Origin: Tubiluchus corallicola
Lineage: Eukaryota; Animalia; Priapulida
Length of the DNA stretch: 43,498 nt
NCBI GenBank assembly: GCA_030141605.1
Contig: JAQGDQ010001382.1
Span: 1-43,498, forward strand
Reading direction: 5' to 3'
This document shows, in pieces, positions 1 through 12,509 of the stretch; within the stretch, counting starts at the first letter, position 1, and each line of letters opens with the position of its first letter. The notes under the pieces are model-generated. The model had not been told where the DNA came from. It made no database searches and saw only the letters and a program-made list of their open reading frames with translations. A program made the translations under genes and the position numbers.

Positions 1-357
1 TTGGCGATAGTGCCGCTAACGATGATGATGATAAGAGTTTTTGGCTAGGAGAAAAGATGGTTGACCTGATGGGGGTGGCAACTGCTGAGGAGGGTTTTGG
101 TGATGACCATCCCAGCGGCAGTGGAAGTGGTGCTGTCAGCGACAGTCAAGACTTGGTAGTGGTGTTAATGGTTGTCCGCTAGTGCTAGTGTTTGTTGTAA
201 AAAAATCAAATGATATTTTATTAGTGTCAAAAAAAACATACAATGAAAGTAAAAAACAAGAAATACATACAATTTCAATTTTGAAATGTAATGGCACTAT
301 ATACAAACAAAACAATGACTAATAAAACAAGTTATATGTGGTCACGTGACTATCACG

Positions 358-2030
358 GTTTGGTGGAAGTGATTCTGACATTGAGTTTGGCTATCATGAG
401 GTGGGGGAAGTGATTCCGACACTCTCAGAGTTTGACTATCATGAGGTGGTGGAAGTGATTCTGACACTCACAGAGTTTGACTATCATGGGGTGGTGGAAG
501 TGATTCTGACACTCTCAGAGTTTGACTATCATGAGGGGGGTGGAAGTGATTCTGACACTCACAGAGTTTGACTATCATGGGGTGGTGGAAGTGATTCTGA
601 CACTCTCAGAGTTTGACTATCATGAGGGGGGTGGAAGTGTTTCTGACACTCTCAGAGTTTGACTATCATGAGGTGGTGGAAGTGATTCTGACACTCTCAG
701 AGTTTGACTATCATGAGGTGGTGGAAGTGATTCTGACACTCTCAGAGTTTGACTATCATGGGGTGGTGGAAGTGATTCTGACACTCTCAGAGTTTGACTA
801 TCATGAGGTGATGGAAGTGATCTTGACACTCTCAGAGTTTGACTATCATGGGGTGGTGGAAGTGATTCTGACACTCTCAGAGATTGACTATCAAGAGGTG
901 GTGGAAGTGATTCTGACACTCTCAGAGTTTGACTATCATGAGGTGGTGGAAGAGATTCTGACACTCTCAGAGTTTGACTATCATGAGGTGTTGGAAGTGA
1001 TTCTGACACTCTCAGAGTTTGACTATCATGAGGTGGTGGAAGAGATTCTGACACTCTCAGAGTTTGGCTATCATGAGGTGTTGGAAGGGATTCTGACACT
1101 CTCAGAGTTTGACTATTATGGGGTGGTGGAAGTGATCCTGAGACTCTCAGAGATTGACTATCAGAGGTGGTGGAAGTGATTCTGACACTCTCAGAGTTTG
1201 ACTATCAAGAGATGTTGAAGGATTTACACTCTCAGAGTTTGACTATGGGGTGGTGGAAGTGACTCTGACACTCTCAGAGATTGACTATCAAGAGGTGGTG
1301 GAAGAGATTCTGACACTCTCAGAGTTTGACTATCATGGGGTGGTGGAAGTGATCCTGGGACTCTCAGAGATTGACTATCAAGAGGTGGTGGAAGAGATCC
1401 TGACACTCTCAGAGTTTGACTATCAAGAGATGTTGGAAGTGATTCTGACACTCTCAGAGTTTGACTATTATGGGGTGGTGGAAGTGATTCTGACACTCTC
1501 AGAGATTGACTATCAAGAGGTGGTGGAAGTGATTCTGACACTCTCAGAGTTTGACTATCATGGGGTGGTGGAAGTGATCCTGACACTCTCAGAGATTGAC
1601 TATCAAGAGGTGGTGGAAGTGATTCTGACACTCTCAGAGTTTGACTATCATGAGGTGGTGGAAGTGATTCTGACACTCTCAGAGTTTGACTATCATGAGG
1701 TGGTGGAAGTGATTCTGACACTCTCAGAGTTTGACTATTATGGGGTGGTGGAAGAGATCCTGACACTCTCAGAGTTTGACTATCAAGAGGTGGTGGAAGT
1801 GATTCTGACACTCTCAGAGTTTGACTATCATGGGGTGGTGGAAGTGATTCTGACACTCTCAGAGTTTGACTATCATGAGGTGTTGGAAGTGATTCTGACA
1901 CTCTCAGAGTTTGCTATAGAGGTGGTGGAAGTGATTCTGACACTCTCAGAGTTTGACTATATGGGTGGTGGAAGTGATTCTGACACTCTCAGAGTTTGCT
2001 ATAAGAGATGTTGGAAGTGATTCTGACACT
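358..2030. repeat. 45-bp minisatellite, about 37 copies, intronic
   Basis: Unit GTGGTGGAAGTGATTCTGACACTCTCAGAGTTTGACTATCATGAG repeated head to tail; explains the 15-aa periodic ORFs on both strands. Confidence 0.97.
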
Positions 2031-2103
2031 TCCTGAGTTGAGAAACATGCTATTAACATGGTTCAACTCTGCTTACCAATAACAATCGTTTTTCTTGCTG
2101 TAG

Positions 2104-2292
2104 TTGATTGTATCATGAGCAATTGGAGTGCCTGGTCCTTGTGCAGTTGGAAAGGGAAGCCGTGCAGGAAAACTAGAGGTTCTCAACAGCGTCATCGCAC
2201 CATAATCCAGTATCCATCCAGAGAAGGAAAAGCCTGTCCGGTTCAATTGATGCAACAGAAACCATGTCGCCTTTCCAAAAAGCAATGTAAAG
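2104..2292 (+). CDS. RSPO: R-spondin-like gene, penultimate coding exon (thrombospondin type-1 domain)
   Basis: Acceptor tttcttgctgtag| (AG 2102-2103), donor aaag|gtgaag (2293), both phase 1. Peptide (V)DCIMSNWSAWSLCSWKGKPCRKTRGSQQRHRTIIQYPSREGKACPVQLMQQKPCRLSKKQCK has six Cys and WSxWSxC, and by recollection matches the vertebrate RSPO TSP1 pattern (KGKxC, R..IIQxPS..G..CP, KKxCxK). Confidence 0.82.
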
Positions 2293-2912
2293 GTGAAGTC
2301 TCCTTATTGTAGCATAGTAACATTTAACAATGTGCGTTATTCTATTTAATTTAGTTATTGACAGCATGCTTGCGTTACCCGGTGCTGCGCTCTAGTGGTG
2401 AACTTAGGAATTATTATAAAAGAAATTATAGTATTTTGAGTAAAAGAATTTTGTAGTACCCGTGCTGCATAAGCAAATTCATGACTAAAATTTAATGAGA
2501 AAGAAAAATCCGTCAAAACTAAAAAATGATAATTAGTGTGCTCCAAAATTTGATTCGATTATATGCACGTATAATTTTAAAACTACCTTGATTAGCAATT
2601 TTTGCTAAAATATATTTTTACGCATCTTACCTACAACATTGGTTGCAACTTTTTACTAACGACTTCTTTAACTTACTTTTTTAACAACTTTTTGATTACC
2701 CTTATAATTGCACTCTTTTTCAGAAATTTCACATTTTACTGCTAACGCCAAACTCCTAACAGGTGCTTCATTTCTTTTACTGAATCATTTTTACTAACGA
2801 GTTTTATTCCTTTTCCTAATTTTTTATGTAAAGTTTATTTCAGCAAATAAAAATTGTATATAAAAGGTAAAATTTGCACTAGAAGCTAAGAAACACTACA
2901 TGTTATGCTTTA

Positions 2913-3517
2913 TTAAAGGAAGACAGGATGATTTTTCATATACAACCCCATTTTCAAGTCCGATAAAAGTATACAATTTAACACGATTGATACTGCAAAA
3001 GCGTTTCTGATAATTATATAATAGATTAAAAACTTAATTAGCGGCGGGCGAGCCCAACTATTGATGACATCACAAACTAACATAATTTTCAACATAAAAA
3101 TATTCCACGAGCGTGTTGCACGTGTTTGCGAAAGCGAAAATTGAAGTACAATGTTACTGTAAGATATTCAATGTGTTGTACTAAAACTAGGCAAGTTTTA
3201 AAATAAAAATTCGAATTTACCGCTGTGCTCACGTGTGTAGTTCGTCTTATACTAACACAACTGAACTGAGGGGTACAGCACCTGTTTTTTTGTGCAATAC
3301 GTTTCCGAAATGTAGGCGCCAGTGCCCGTCTAACTAACGAATTGCGAAATGCATGTAACAGCGAAGATCTAGTGGCGCGAACGTGAAATTGTGTTTGTGT
3401 GGTAATAATTCTCTCACGTAAGTCCTTCTTGAAAAAAATAGCATTTATTTCTTTCAATATTTTAAAGAGTAGATTGTTTTGACCTACAGTTTAAGATTGG
3501 GTCCGGTTTTGCGTTAA
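2913..3517. mobile_element. Non-autonomous DNA transposon (Kolobok-like MITE), copy 1
   Basis: Starts TTAA|AGGAAGACAGGA and ends TCCGGTTTTGCG|TTAA (imperfect TIR, TTAA at both ends). About 600 bp, homologous to 32173-33081 and 40750-41352. Confidence 0.8.
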
Positions 3518-3726
3518 ATGAATTACAAATATACACAAAATGTAATAAAAAATATGTACAGAATTTAAAACTAGAAGGCATCAGTTAAAAACCCGACGTT
3601 AAAAAATCTACTTCATAAATTATACCATCCCCTAAATGTTTTACTTCAAAATCGTACGTAAGTTTGGTGACATAAATGACTTAGAATAGAATTTGCTGAC
3701 CCAATCATTAAACTACACTCCGAGTG

Positions 3727-4120
3727 ATTATATTATATTATATTATATTATATTATATTATATTATATTATATTATATTATATTATATTATATTATATTA
3801 TATTATTATATTATATTATATTATATTATATTATATTATATTATATTATATTATATTATATTATATTATATTATATTATATTATATTATATTATATTATA
3901 TTATATTATATTATATTATATTATATTATATTATATTATATTATATTATATTATATTATATTATATTATATTATATTATATTATATTATATTATATTATA
4001 TTATATTATATTATATTATATTATATTATATTATTACATTACATTACATTACATTACATTACATTACATTACATTATATTATATTATATTACATTACATT
4101 ATATTATATCATATTATTTT
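3727..4120. repeat. (TATTA)n microsatellite grading into (CATTA)n
   Basis: Direct reading. Confidence 0.98.
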
Positions 4121-4475
4121 ATGCACGTCTTGTAGCAGATGGCGTATCGTAAGCATATTATGTGAAAAATTTGTGAGCAACAATGTTGTAAGTGGCGCGG
4201 AACTTTGGTTAAACTGCATAGCTTGAAATTAGCCCCTAAATTACAACTGTATAACATTACCTCCTACTGAACGAACGAAATAACATAGTTTAACATTTTT
4301 GAATTAGATTTAAATTTAGTTAATAATATTTTAGATCTAGGGATTAGCAATGACTAGCACACGTAATAGGTACATGTTTTTTGTTAGTGTGTATGTTTCA
4401 TGTGGTCCCAGATTATACCGCTTTTGTCGCCTCGTCTGACTGACCACACCTTCTTGAGTTTTGTAATACTTTTCT

Positions 4476-5627
4476 ATTCTTCTTCTTCTGTTGCTCTAAA
4501 CATCTATTGTACACATACAGCCTCTGTCCTATATTAGAGCACTCCATTGTTTCCTGTCTGCAGCTAAAATTTTTAATACCTTTGAATCTATTGTTAGGTT
4601 TGGTTCCAGCAGTTGTAAGTCTATATTAATTCTTAATATCCAGGTTGTTTTTGGTTTTGCCTGGAGGAGGATTAGTAAGCTTCAGTGCCTCGTTTAATGC
4701 TAATCTTACTGGTGTTGTTTCTGGCAATCTCATTAAATATCCTACCCATCTTAATCCTCTGATTCTGATTTTAGTGCTCCAATGTTCTTCTTTGGTTCTG
4801 TTTAATGCTAATCTTACTGGTGTTGTTTCTGGCAATCTCATTAAATGTCCTACCCATCTTAGTCTTCTGATTCTGATTTTAGTGCTCCAATGCTCTTGTT
4901 TGGTTCTGTTTAATGCTAATCTTACTGATGTTGTTTCTGGTAATTTGATTAAATGTCCTACCTATCTTGGTCTTCTGATTCTAATTTTAGTGCTCCAATG
5001 TTCTTCTTTGGTTCTGTTTAATGTTAATCTTACTGATGTTGTTTCTGGTAATCTCATTAAATGTCCTACCCATCTTAGTCTTCTGATTCTGATTTTAGTG
5101 CTCCAATGTTCTTCTTTGGTTCTGTTTAATGCTAATCTTACTGGTGCTGTTTCTGGCAATCTCATTAAATATCCTACCCATCTTAGTCTTCTGATTCTGA
5201 TTTTAGTGCTCCAATGCTCTTGTTTGGTTCTGTTTAATGCTAATCTTACTGGTGCTGTTTCTGGCAATCTCATTAAATGTCCTACCCATCTTAGTCTTCT
5301 GATTCTGATTTTAGTGCTCCAATGTTCTTCTTTGGTTCTGTTTAATGCTAATCTTACTGGTGCTGTTTCTGGCAATCTCATTAAATATCCTACCCATCTT
5401 AGTCTTCTGATTCTGATTTTAGTGCTCCAATGTTCTTCTTTGGTTCTGTTTAATGCTAATCTTACTGGTGCTGTTTCTGGCAATCTCATTAAATGTCCTA
5501 CCCATCTTAGTCTTCTGATTCTGATTTTAGTGCTCCAATGTTCTTCTTTGGTTCTGTTATGCAGCTGCTTATTTGAAATGATATATGACAATTTTACTCT
5601 TAAGATCGTTCTGAGTAGACCTCTGTG
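4476..5627 (-). mobile_element. 5'-truncated RTE-type LINE fragment (ORF C-terminus)
   Basis: Minus-strand translation HRGLLRTILRVKLSYIISNKQL...IRIRRLRWVGHLMRLPE..PVRLAL...LAADRKQWSALI* shows the typical post-RT RTE motifs (RRLRWxGH, LAxDRxxW). 3' boundary is approximate. Confidence 0.85.
4692..5555. repeat. 108-bp tandem repeat, 8 copies, inside the RTE fragment
   Basis: Units start at 4692, 4800, 4908, 5016, 5124, 5232, 5340 and 5448. Confidence 0.97.
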
Positions 5628-5702
5628 AAATTAATTTATTTCTATCCTTTATTAGAGTACTACACTTTTTTGTAGCGAAATACTTTATTTGCTTGCTTTC
5701 AG

Positions 5703-5959
5703 CCATTTTAACAAACAAATCGGAGGCGACATCTAGTGTACGTAAACGAAAGAGAAAAAGAAACAAAAAGCGCCGACGAAGAAAAGGAAAGAAGAAAACA
5801 AGAAGGGGAAAGAAGGACCACAGTAATCACAAGCATAGTCTCATAGAGCAGCAAATAAACAAATTACAGCGTCGTAAATTACGAAAACAGAAAGAGTGGT
5901 ATTGGAAACTACTTAAACGAATGAGCAGCGACAAGGCACAAATTTCCAATGAAATATAA
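5703..5959 (+). CDS. RSPO: R-spondin-like gene, terminal coding exon (Lys/Arg-rich C-terminal tail)
   Basis: Acceptor ttgctttcag| (AG 5701-5702), phase 1, joins the TSP1 exon in frame (g|cc = Ala). Encodes AILTNKSEATSSVRKRKRKRNKKRRRRKGKKKTRRGKK...NEI*. A TSP1 exon followed by a basic-tail exon is the known RSPO layout. Confidence 0.8.
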
Positions 5960-6097
5960 CCTGTAGCAGAGTCGAACATTCTTTGAGATTATTTATTTAT
6001 TGAGAATTGAATTTATGTGATTTGAAAGACTATTAATTGGTTGCCATGCCAGTTATTATATGTCTAGAAATCTAACGTGTTTGTCAATACACCTAAA

Positions 6098-6445
6098 CAG
6101 GGCCGGATTATGACCTTTTAACCCCCTAGGCTAATGAAATTATGGCCCCCCTCAGACGCAGACACCATTTAACTCGTTCGCACATGTCTTGAAAAATTTT
6201 CTCTTCTGGTATATTTTAGCGATATTTACATATCTTAAAGTAAACTTATTGCAAATTCTTTAAATAAACTAGAAAAGCCATCTTTTGTTTGTCGATAAAA
6301 ATACTCTTTAAAAATGCTAGTATTTTACCATTTGTTGCAAACCAAATTAGTGCATAGTTCAACACAACCGCAGCGAGAAACTCCAAGATTGAGAGGGGCC
6401 TCAGAATGCGGCCTATAGGATAATTTGGCACCGGGGCGGGCAAGC
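6098..6445. mobile_element. Decayed MITE with CAGGGCCGGATTA-type end
   Basis: Left end resembles the TIR of the 12510-13040 element; right end is not clearly preserved. Confidence 0.4.
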
Positions 6446-7915
6446 TCGAAGGTGGTTTGTGTATATTAAATAGATGGGCATTGCTAAGTCTAATATAATG
6501 CTAAGTCGATGCATACATAAATCATATAAAATATGGATATAAAAAAAATCATAGTAATTTGTCGGCTTTATAATGGAGAATTTTTAGAGGGGAATTTGGG
6601 AAAAGTAAATAATTTCTTGCAACACGTTTATTACATATTCCTTATATGGTTTGTATAGAGTCAAATTTGAATGTTTTTGTATATCTATCTACTACGCTTT
6701 TTCTATATCACGTATTTGTACTACTATTAATTGTAATGAATTTGTATATAGGTTTTCATTATATTATTTTTTGTAAGAATACTTTGTATATAAACAAATT
6801 TCAGTCTTTTATAGGATATTCATTTCCCGATAACAGTGCTGACCAAATTGCTTGTTAATTGTGCCTCAGTGTATCACCAGTCATTCATTTTGTCAGTTCT
6901 CGATTTCGCTAATCACATGTTGCCATTTGTACATATCGCCAGTGAAACTCGGCAATAACTGGTAAAATACGCATTGACTGAATGGACTTGAGTCGTTCAT
7001 AAAATTTATTTCATTAATTATTGACGGCAACGTATAATCATATTGCAAATGTTTATTAGTTAGGTGCAACCAGAGAAATCGTAAGGTTGAATACACAGTT
7101 CAACAGATACTGGCGCAGTGTATACAGACGAAATGTATACCCGGTAAAGTGTACACTGGCAAAATAAGCGCTGGTAAAATTTATAACCCGCAGAAGGGTA
7201 CACAGGTGATTTAGGATAACTGCTGAAAGGTGTGTTGTCTGAATGCATACAGTGAAATTAGGTGGGCCTGTGTAAGAAAAATTGTTTAATATCGTAAATT
7301 TTATATTATATAAGCATTTAACATGATACAGGCTTACATGGTTGCTTTGCATTGCTCTCAGTGTTTAAGATTTCATAGTAATGGTAGTATGAAGTTATAA
7401 ACTCCAATTACTAAATTTACTATGAAGTATATTCAACGATCAGTGGTCAAAAGAAACGCATTTTAATTACTCTAAATTTAAATTTATGTTGTGTTGTCAT
7501 CATACTTTTTTGAATAGTGCTGCTACCTTCAGGTCTTCTTGTTAAAATTGTTAAATCTTTCTCTTTACTGTTTAAATTTTCATCGGCTTCTATAGTCTTT
7601 ATGAATGCATGATCTCTAAACCTGTTTTCACACCTAAATGATTTCACCTGTAGTTTTTGGTCACTTGGTTTTCTGCTTTTCAACATGACACTATTTCGCT
7701 GTTTACGGAGACACTTCAGAATAAAATCTTCAAGACTAAATTTCAAGTTTTTTGGTTTCTTCAAACCAATCAGCTTATAAACCGGCTTGAAGCTGGAATT
7801 GATCTGACCCAGAAACAGTTGGGATGCATTTCCATTACCACATTATTCACTTTTTTGTTCTATTTTTATAAATGAAAAACGAGAAAAAGGCAATTTATCA
7901 GTTGCAAGTGCATGA

Positions 7916-7921
7916 TTTATT
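7916..7921 (-). terminator. Candidate AATAAA poly(A) signal of the Gly/Tyr-rich gene
   Basis: AATAAA on the minus strand about 300 nt after the stop, followed by T-rich sequence. A second AATAAA lies at 8190-8195. Confidence 0.5.
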
Positions 7922-8214
7922 TATAAATACAAATAAATAAAATACGATGGCCTTAAAAATGCCACAATTGCTTAACACGTGTAGGGCAGTCTCATGCTCC
8001 AAACCACATCACCGACGATAGTCAGTTATGATGTCCGAGCATGGTTTTCACTTTCTTAATTCGTTGTTTCAGAACACAGACACACAGATACACACATTTG
8101 TAACGATTATCCATTTCCAAAAACATTGAAACTATCACAAACCAAAGTCCTAAAAGTTTACCAAGTTTCCATAGTTTAAGTTTCTGTAATTTATTCATTA
8201 GTCGTCAGTATCAT

Positions 8215-8847
8215 TTAATGGTATCCTTTGTAAACGGGTTTGCCGTAGTGCACTTTGGGTTCTTGCACTGGCACTGGTTGGTAACGGACCTCTGGGTATT
8301 TATGGAACCTGTAGGCAGCTCCTGCTTCTGTGTGACCAGATCCTGCTGCTCCTTGGCTGAACTGTTGATGAGCATTCTGGTTAGCTGTGCGGTACGCCCC
8401 AACTTGAACGCCGGCAGATCCGGAGCCTTGTCCTTCACGGTGTGCCTGGGAACCGACGTATTGGTTAGCATTACCAGACTTGTACTGGCGTCCGATGACC
8501 GCCACTCTTGTCTTTGGTCGGGATCCTGGAGGAGCGGCACGTGCGGCATCATTGCGGCCCGCATTGAAGTCATATGCTTCAAGGTCTACGTATTCAGGGC
8601 TGTAGCCACCAAGTCCAAAAGATCCGATTCCAAGAGTTCCGAAAGATTTGAGGAAGCCAGTGCTTGGTGCATCTGCTCCATATCCGCCATATCCGCCATA
8701 TCCACCATATGCTGGTCCTGGTCCGTAACCACCATATGCTGGTCCAGGTGCTCCGTAACCGTATCCATCATCAAAGTGGCCATAAGCATGGCTGCTGAAA
8801 GCACCAGCGACACAAGCCAACAATACTGTAACAGCTAATGTGTTCAT
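8215..8847 (-). CDS. Secreted Gly/Tyr-rich low-complexity protein, 210 aa, single coding exon
   Basis: ATG in AAAATG context 6 nt after acceptor cccatttcag| (exon starts 8853). Signal peptide MNTLAVTVLLACVAGAFS, GPAYGGYG/GGY repeats, basic Tyr/His-rich end KVHYGKPVYKGYH. GC-rich relative to flanks. Confidence 0.93.
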   Translation of the reverse strand: MNTLAVTVLLACVAGAFSSHAYGHFDDGYGYGAPGPAYGGYGPGPAYGGYGGYGGYGADAPSTGFLKSFGTLGIGSFGLGGYSPEYVDLEAYDFNAGRNDAARAAPPGSRPKTRVAVIGRQYKSGNANQYVGSQAHREGQGSGSAGVQVGAYRTANQNAHQQFSQGAAGSGHTEAGAAYRFHKYPEVRYQPVPVQEPKVHYGKPVYKGYH

Positions 8848-8921
8848 TTTGATCTGAAATGGGAATAAGGAAATTTCATACGTAAGTTAAGAAAAAATCT
8901 ACATAGCTAGATTGACAATTT

Positions 8922-9260
8922 GAAAGAACATGAATGTTGCATTGTCACTGTAAGCCCAGGTAGCAAAGAACATGACTGTTGCGTTGTCACTGTAGGCCCA
9001 GGTAGCAAAGAACATGAATCTTGCATTGTCACTGTAAGCCCAGGTAGCAAAGAATATGAATGTTGCATTGTCACTGTAAGCCCAGGTAGCAAAGAACATG
9101 AATGTTGCGTTGTCACTGTAGGCCCAGCTAGCAAAGAACATGAATGTTGCATTGTCACTGTAGGCCCAGGTAGCAAAGAACATGAATGTTGCATTGTCAC
9201 TGTAAGCCCAGGTAGCAAAGAACATGAATGTTGCATTGTCACTGTAGGCCCAGGTAGCAA
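8922..9260. repeat. 42-bp minisatellite, 8 copies, in intron 1 of the Gly/Tyr-rich gene
   Basis: Unit AAAGAACATGAATGTTGCATTGTCACTGTAAGCCCAGGTAGC. Confidence 0.97.
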
Positions 9261-10481
9261 AACAACTAGTCTACAGCACTTTTTGTACTTTCACTAATTT
9301 TTTTGAATCATATATATTTTTATACCCATTTTAGCGATTTTTGAAACTGATATGGTAAGGCAATCGATATATCAGTTAAAAGAAGAATGAAAGCAAACGG
9401 AAAATGCAACTTTTCGAACACGTAATGCTGTCTAACAAAATAGTTAATAAAGTTCGACATTAGCGATGTGTACGTTGTTACAATCATGGTACACTGGCGA
9501 ATACAGTGCAGTAATCAAATTCTTTTTAAGTTTGTCGCTTTTGTTTTACCGTGTTATCGCTAATTTCATTTTTAAAATGTCAGTTTTTTCTGTTTTTAAA
9601 ACGCTTGTAGTTAATGTCTGTATGAAAAATGAATTATCACCAAGTCACACTTCTTTCTTTGAAGTCCCATTCCGCCTGCTGCAGACATTGAGAGATTAAC
9701 ATTAATTAGACGATGATAATTAATCTTTATTTGCACAAAACGTACATTCAAGACCTCTGTTTGCAGGCGATAATTCTGCACTGTATCATGATATAAGAGC
9801 ATATATACAACACGGTCAATTATAATTATGTCCATAATACATGTACCACAAACTTGCCTATAAAACATTTTAGCAATTATTTATAATAATTAAAGGTCCA
9901 TAATAACAGAATTCATTCACTGGGATTATTTAGATTACACTATTATGAAAGTATTAAAAACGACAAACTTTTTTACATGCACGATTTACTTACAAATGTG
10001 TAAGAACAGGAACATTTGCTAAAATTTACGATAAAACCAAGATATATTTTGCTGAGTTATGCATATACGTATATAAATATATATGCGTATGTGTGCGTGA
10101 GCTAAAATTTATATTGTATTATGCATTTAACCCTTTTATATCTCTTCAAACTGATAAGATAAAATCGTCTCTCGCAAAATTAACTAGCGTTTTGTTTAAT
10201 GCGTTTTTTTAAAAATGCGCTCGTTCTGTTTTCCCCCTGCTGCGTTTTTACAGGTGTTTCCTTCGGTTAGCTTCTACTTTATTAGAACATTTTGTCTTCT
10301 CCTAACTGCAGGTAACAGCTTAAGTTCTCCTAAAGCTAGATTTGGTTGAAGTTGTTGAACATCTTTATTTATCTTAACTATCCAAGTTGTTTTTTGGTCA
10401 TATCCAACAATTAATTTACACAAACGTTCAGATTTCGGATAAAAGTACAAGACAGATTAAAATAAAAATGTATCAACTTAC

Positions 10482-10567
10482 CTGTAGATGATCTACGGAT
10501 AGATCTGGAATGCACGACACGTGTTAAGCAAAAGGTGCTTTACTCCATTAGCCTCACTGCTTTTATG
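10482..10567 (-). promoter_or_regulatory. Probable core promoter and short non-coding exon 1 of the Gly/Tyr-rich gene
   Basis: Minus strand: TATA-like CATAAAA (10567-10561), then a perfect donor CAG|GTAAGT (GT at 10481-10480) about 80 nt later. Confidence 0.65.
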
Positions 10568-11616
10568 GGCGATTGCAAATCATTCGACCTCGATATCCCT
10601 TCAATAATCAATCGGGTCGTTCCATTTCGACAATCAGCGGAGGGGTGGGCATAATTACAGATTGTTCTACAAAGCTTAACACCTCAACAACGGGACAACT
10701 GTTATAAAGTCAAGCGTAAATTGCTTACCGTGATTATTTCAAAACAAGGAGTGGCTTTAGAATTGCAAAATATTTAGACGGTGAAATAATTTTCCTCTTC
10801 ATAAAATTTCGTTCCCCTGTTTTCCACAGTTTGACAAGGTTGGACAGCGCAGATTATTACATGCTTCTGTATTTGCGTTTAGCTAATTTCAGACGTTTTG
10901 CAAATTAGTCAGAATCTAGCAGAAACTATCACTGTCTATGTCCTACTTTTCATTGAAGACAAACAGGAGCCGTGTTCACATTCACAGTCACGCTATTCAG
11001 GGATTGCCCGCATGGCGGCGCCAGGAGTAATTAAGTGTTTAATACAAAATGAAGTAGTTGGCTATTATGATTGTAACATATCTGACAACATAAAGCAAAA
11101 TTATAGGAAATTCCAGAAAACGTATTGTTTTATACCTCCGTTTTTTAAAATTTTTAATGAAATTTGAGTGTAATTTTAGTTTTTTTGCGTGTACCCTTTA
11201 CTTGCATATAATTGCAGTCTTGTTTATCAGGTGCAGTAATTAGCTACGCAAAAATCCACACAGCAAACAAGTTATTGTTTGTTTGTAATTTAGGTCGGGG
11301 AGCGCAAATTTGACTACTTTCACTGTCAAGTAAATGACAACTCATTGCAAATTAATGGATTGTGTTGTTCAAGGTTAAAACTGAAATACAGGTGGCAAGT
11401 ACAATCCGTTTTTGGGAAAGGAAAACAGACGTCTCCAATTCAGCTAGAAGTTAATTATTTGAATGTTCCACTCGAATTATATTTAACTTGCATACTAATT
11501 ATTTTAATTCTGTATTGAAATTAAGTTAAAATTACAACTCATAATTTAGTTGTTGTAAACTGGTAAACTGTTGTGGCCTCTTTTGCTCTTTAACAAATGA
11601 AGTGATATTATTTAGA

Positions 11617-12016
11617 TTGTTATATTGTCCCACACTGCGAAAGAAAAAAAAGTAGCGAAAATAAACTGGAAATTTGAAGTGAATCGTGTGATAATGAAAA
11701 CATTTAGTGCTTCAGAAGGAATGATATGATGAATGAAATTTATATATGAGATGATATAAAGATAAAAAGACTATTATCTGGAAAAGTAATAATGAAATTG
11801 GTTGGAATGAAAAGATAGAACACGACGTTATTCTTGGATTCTTATTTGGCTAAATATAATTATTTCGTTGTAAATTACTTAAGTTAATTTAATTTATTGG
11901 GTATGGCAATTATACAGTTATAATACACAACATTGGAACTAGAGATTACTAAACGCAAAGAAACAAACAACATCGATACATAACTCAGTAATTATATGTG
12001 AAGCATAGTATCTTGA
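11617..12016. repeat. Local duplication with partial inversion of 13849-14317
   Basis: 11617-11777 is the reverse complement of 14156-14317; 11772-12016 is a direct copy of 13849-14109. Confidence 0.9.
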
Positions 12017-12509
12017 CATTTATATAACATGTGCATTATTTGATAATTTCCTAGGAATCATTCGTATTTTATCCATTTTCATAAAGTGTACTAACGTGTG
12101 ATGATGCAACGCTAAGTAAATCTTTCTTTTTGTAAAGATTGTTTTTTTACTTTTCAAAATAATTTTTCTTGTGATTAAATATGCAATAAGTGTGTGATTT
12201 TATTTAATTTATTAAATTGGTTATTACATTTTTCTGAATGACATACATCACGCATGGTCTAAGATTACAAAAAATCCTATCCAAAACTCTGCGATCTTAA
12301 GCAAATTTAAAATTTAACTTGACCGTTAAAATTTAATTCAATCGGCATGTTTAGTTTACTATATTCGTTTTGTCTGTAATTTTGAAAACACCGTAATCCC
12401 AGACTAACATGAAAAGGCACAAGGCATTGAAGTGAAGTGAATTGCAACTCTGTGTAATTAAGCATGGTGACGTTAGAGAGAGCAATATTTAGACTTTCAG
12501 ATACCTGAC

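Noticed and set aside
3-182. Open + frame GDSAANDDDDKSFWLGEK... as an upstream RSPO exon
   Set aside because: No Cys or furin-like pattern, no convincing donor, and truncated by the window edge.
613-2020. Periodic ORFs, or a CRISPR-like array
   Set aside because: Pure 45-bp tandem repeat with frameshifts and no unique spacers; eukaryotic context.
4645-5628. 327-aa hydrophobic + strand ORF
   Set aside because: Antisense of the tandemly amplified LINE segment.
7447-7875. ORFs of 105 and 72 aa
   Set aside because: No recognisable motif or splice context; possibly old transposon debris.
8211-8838. Overlapping alternative-frame and antisense ORFs
   Set aside because: Shadows of the real Gly/Tyr-rich CDS.
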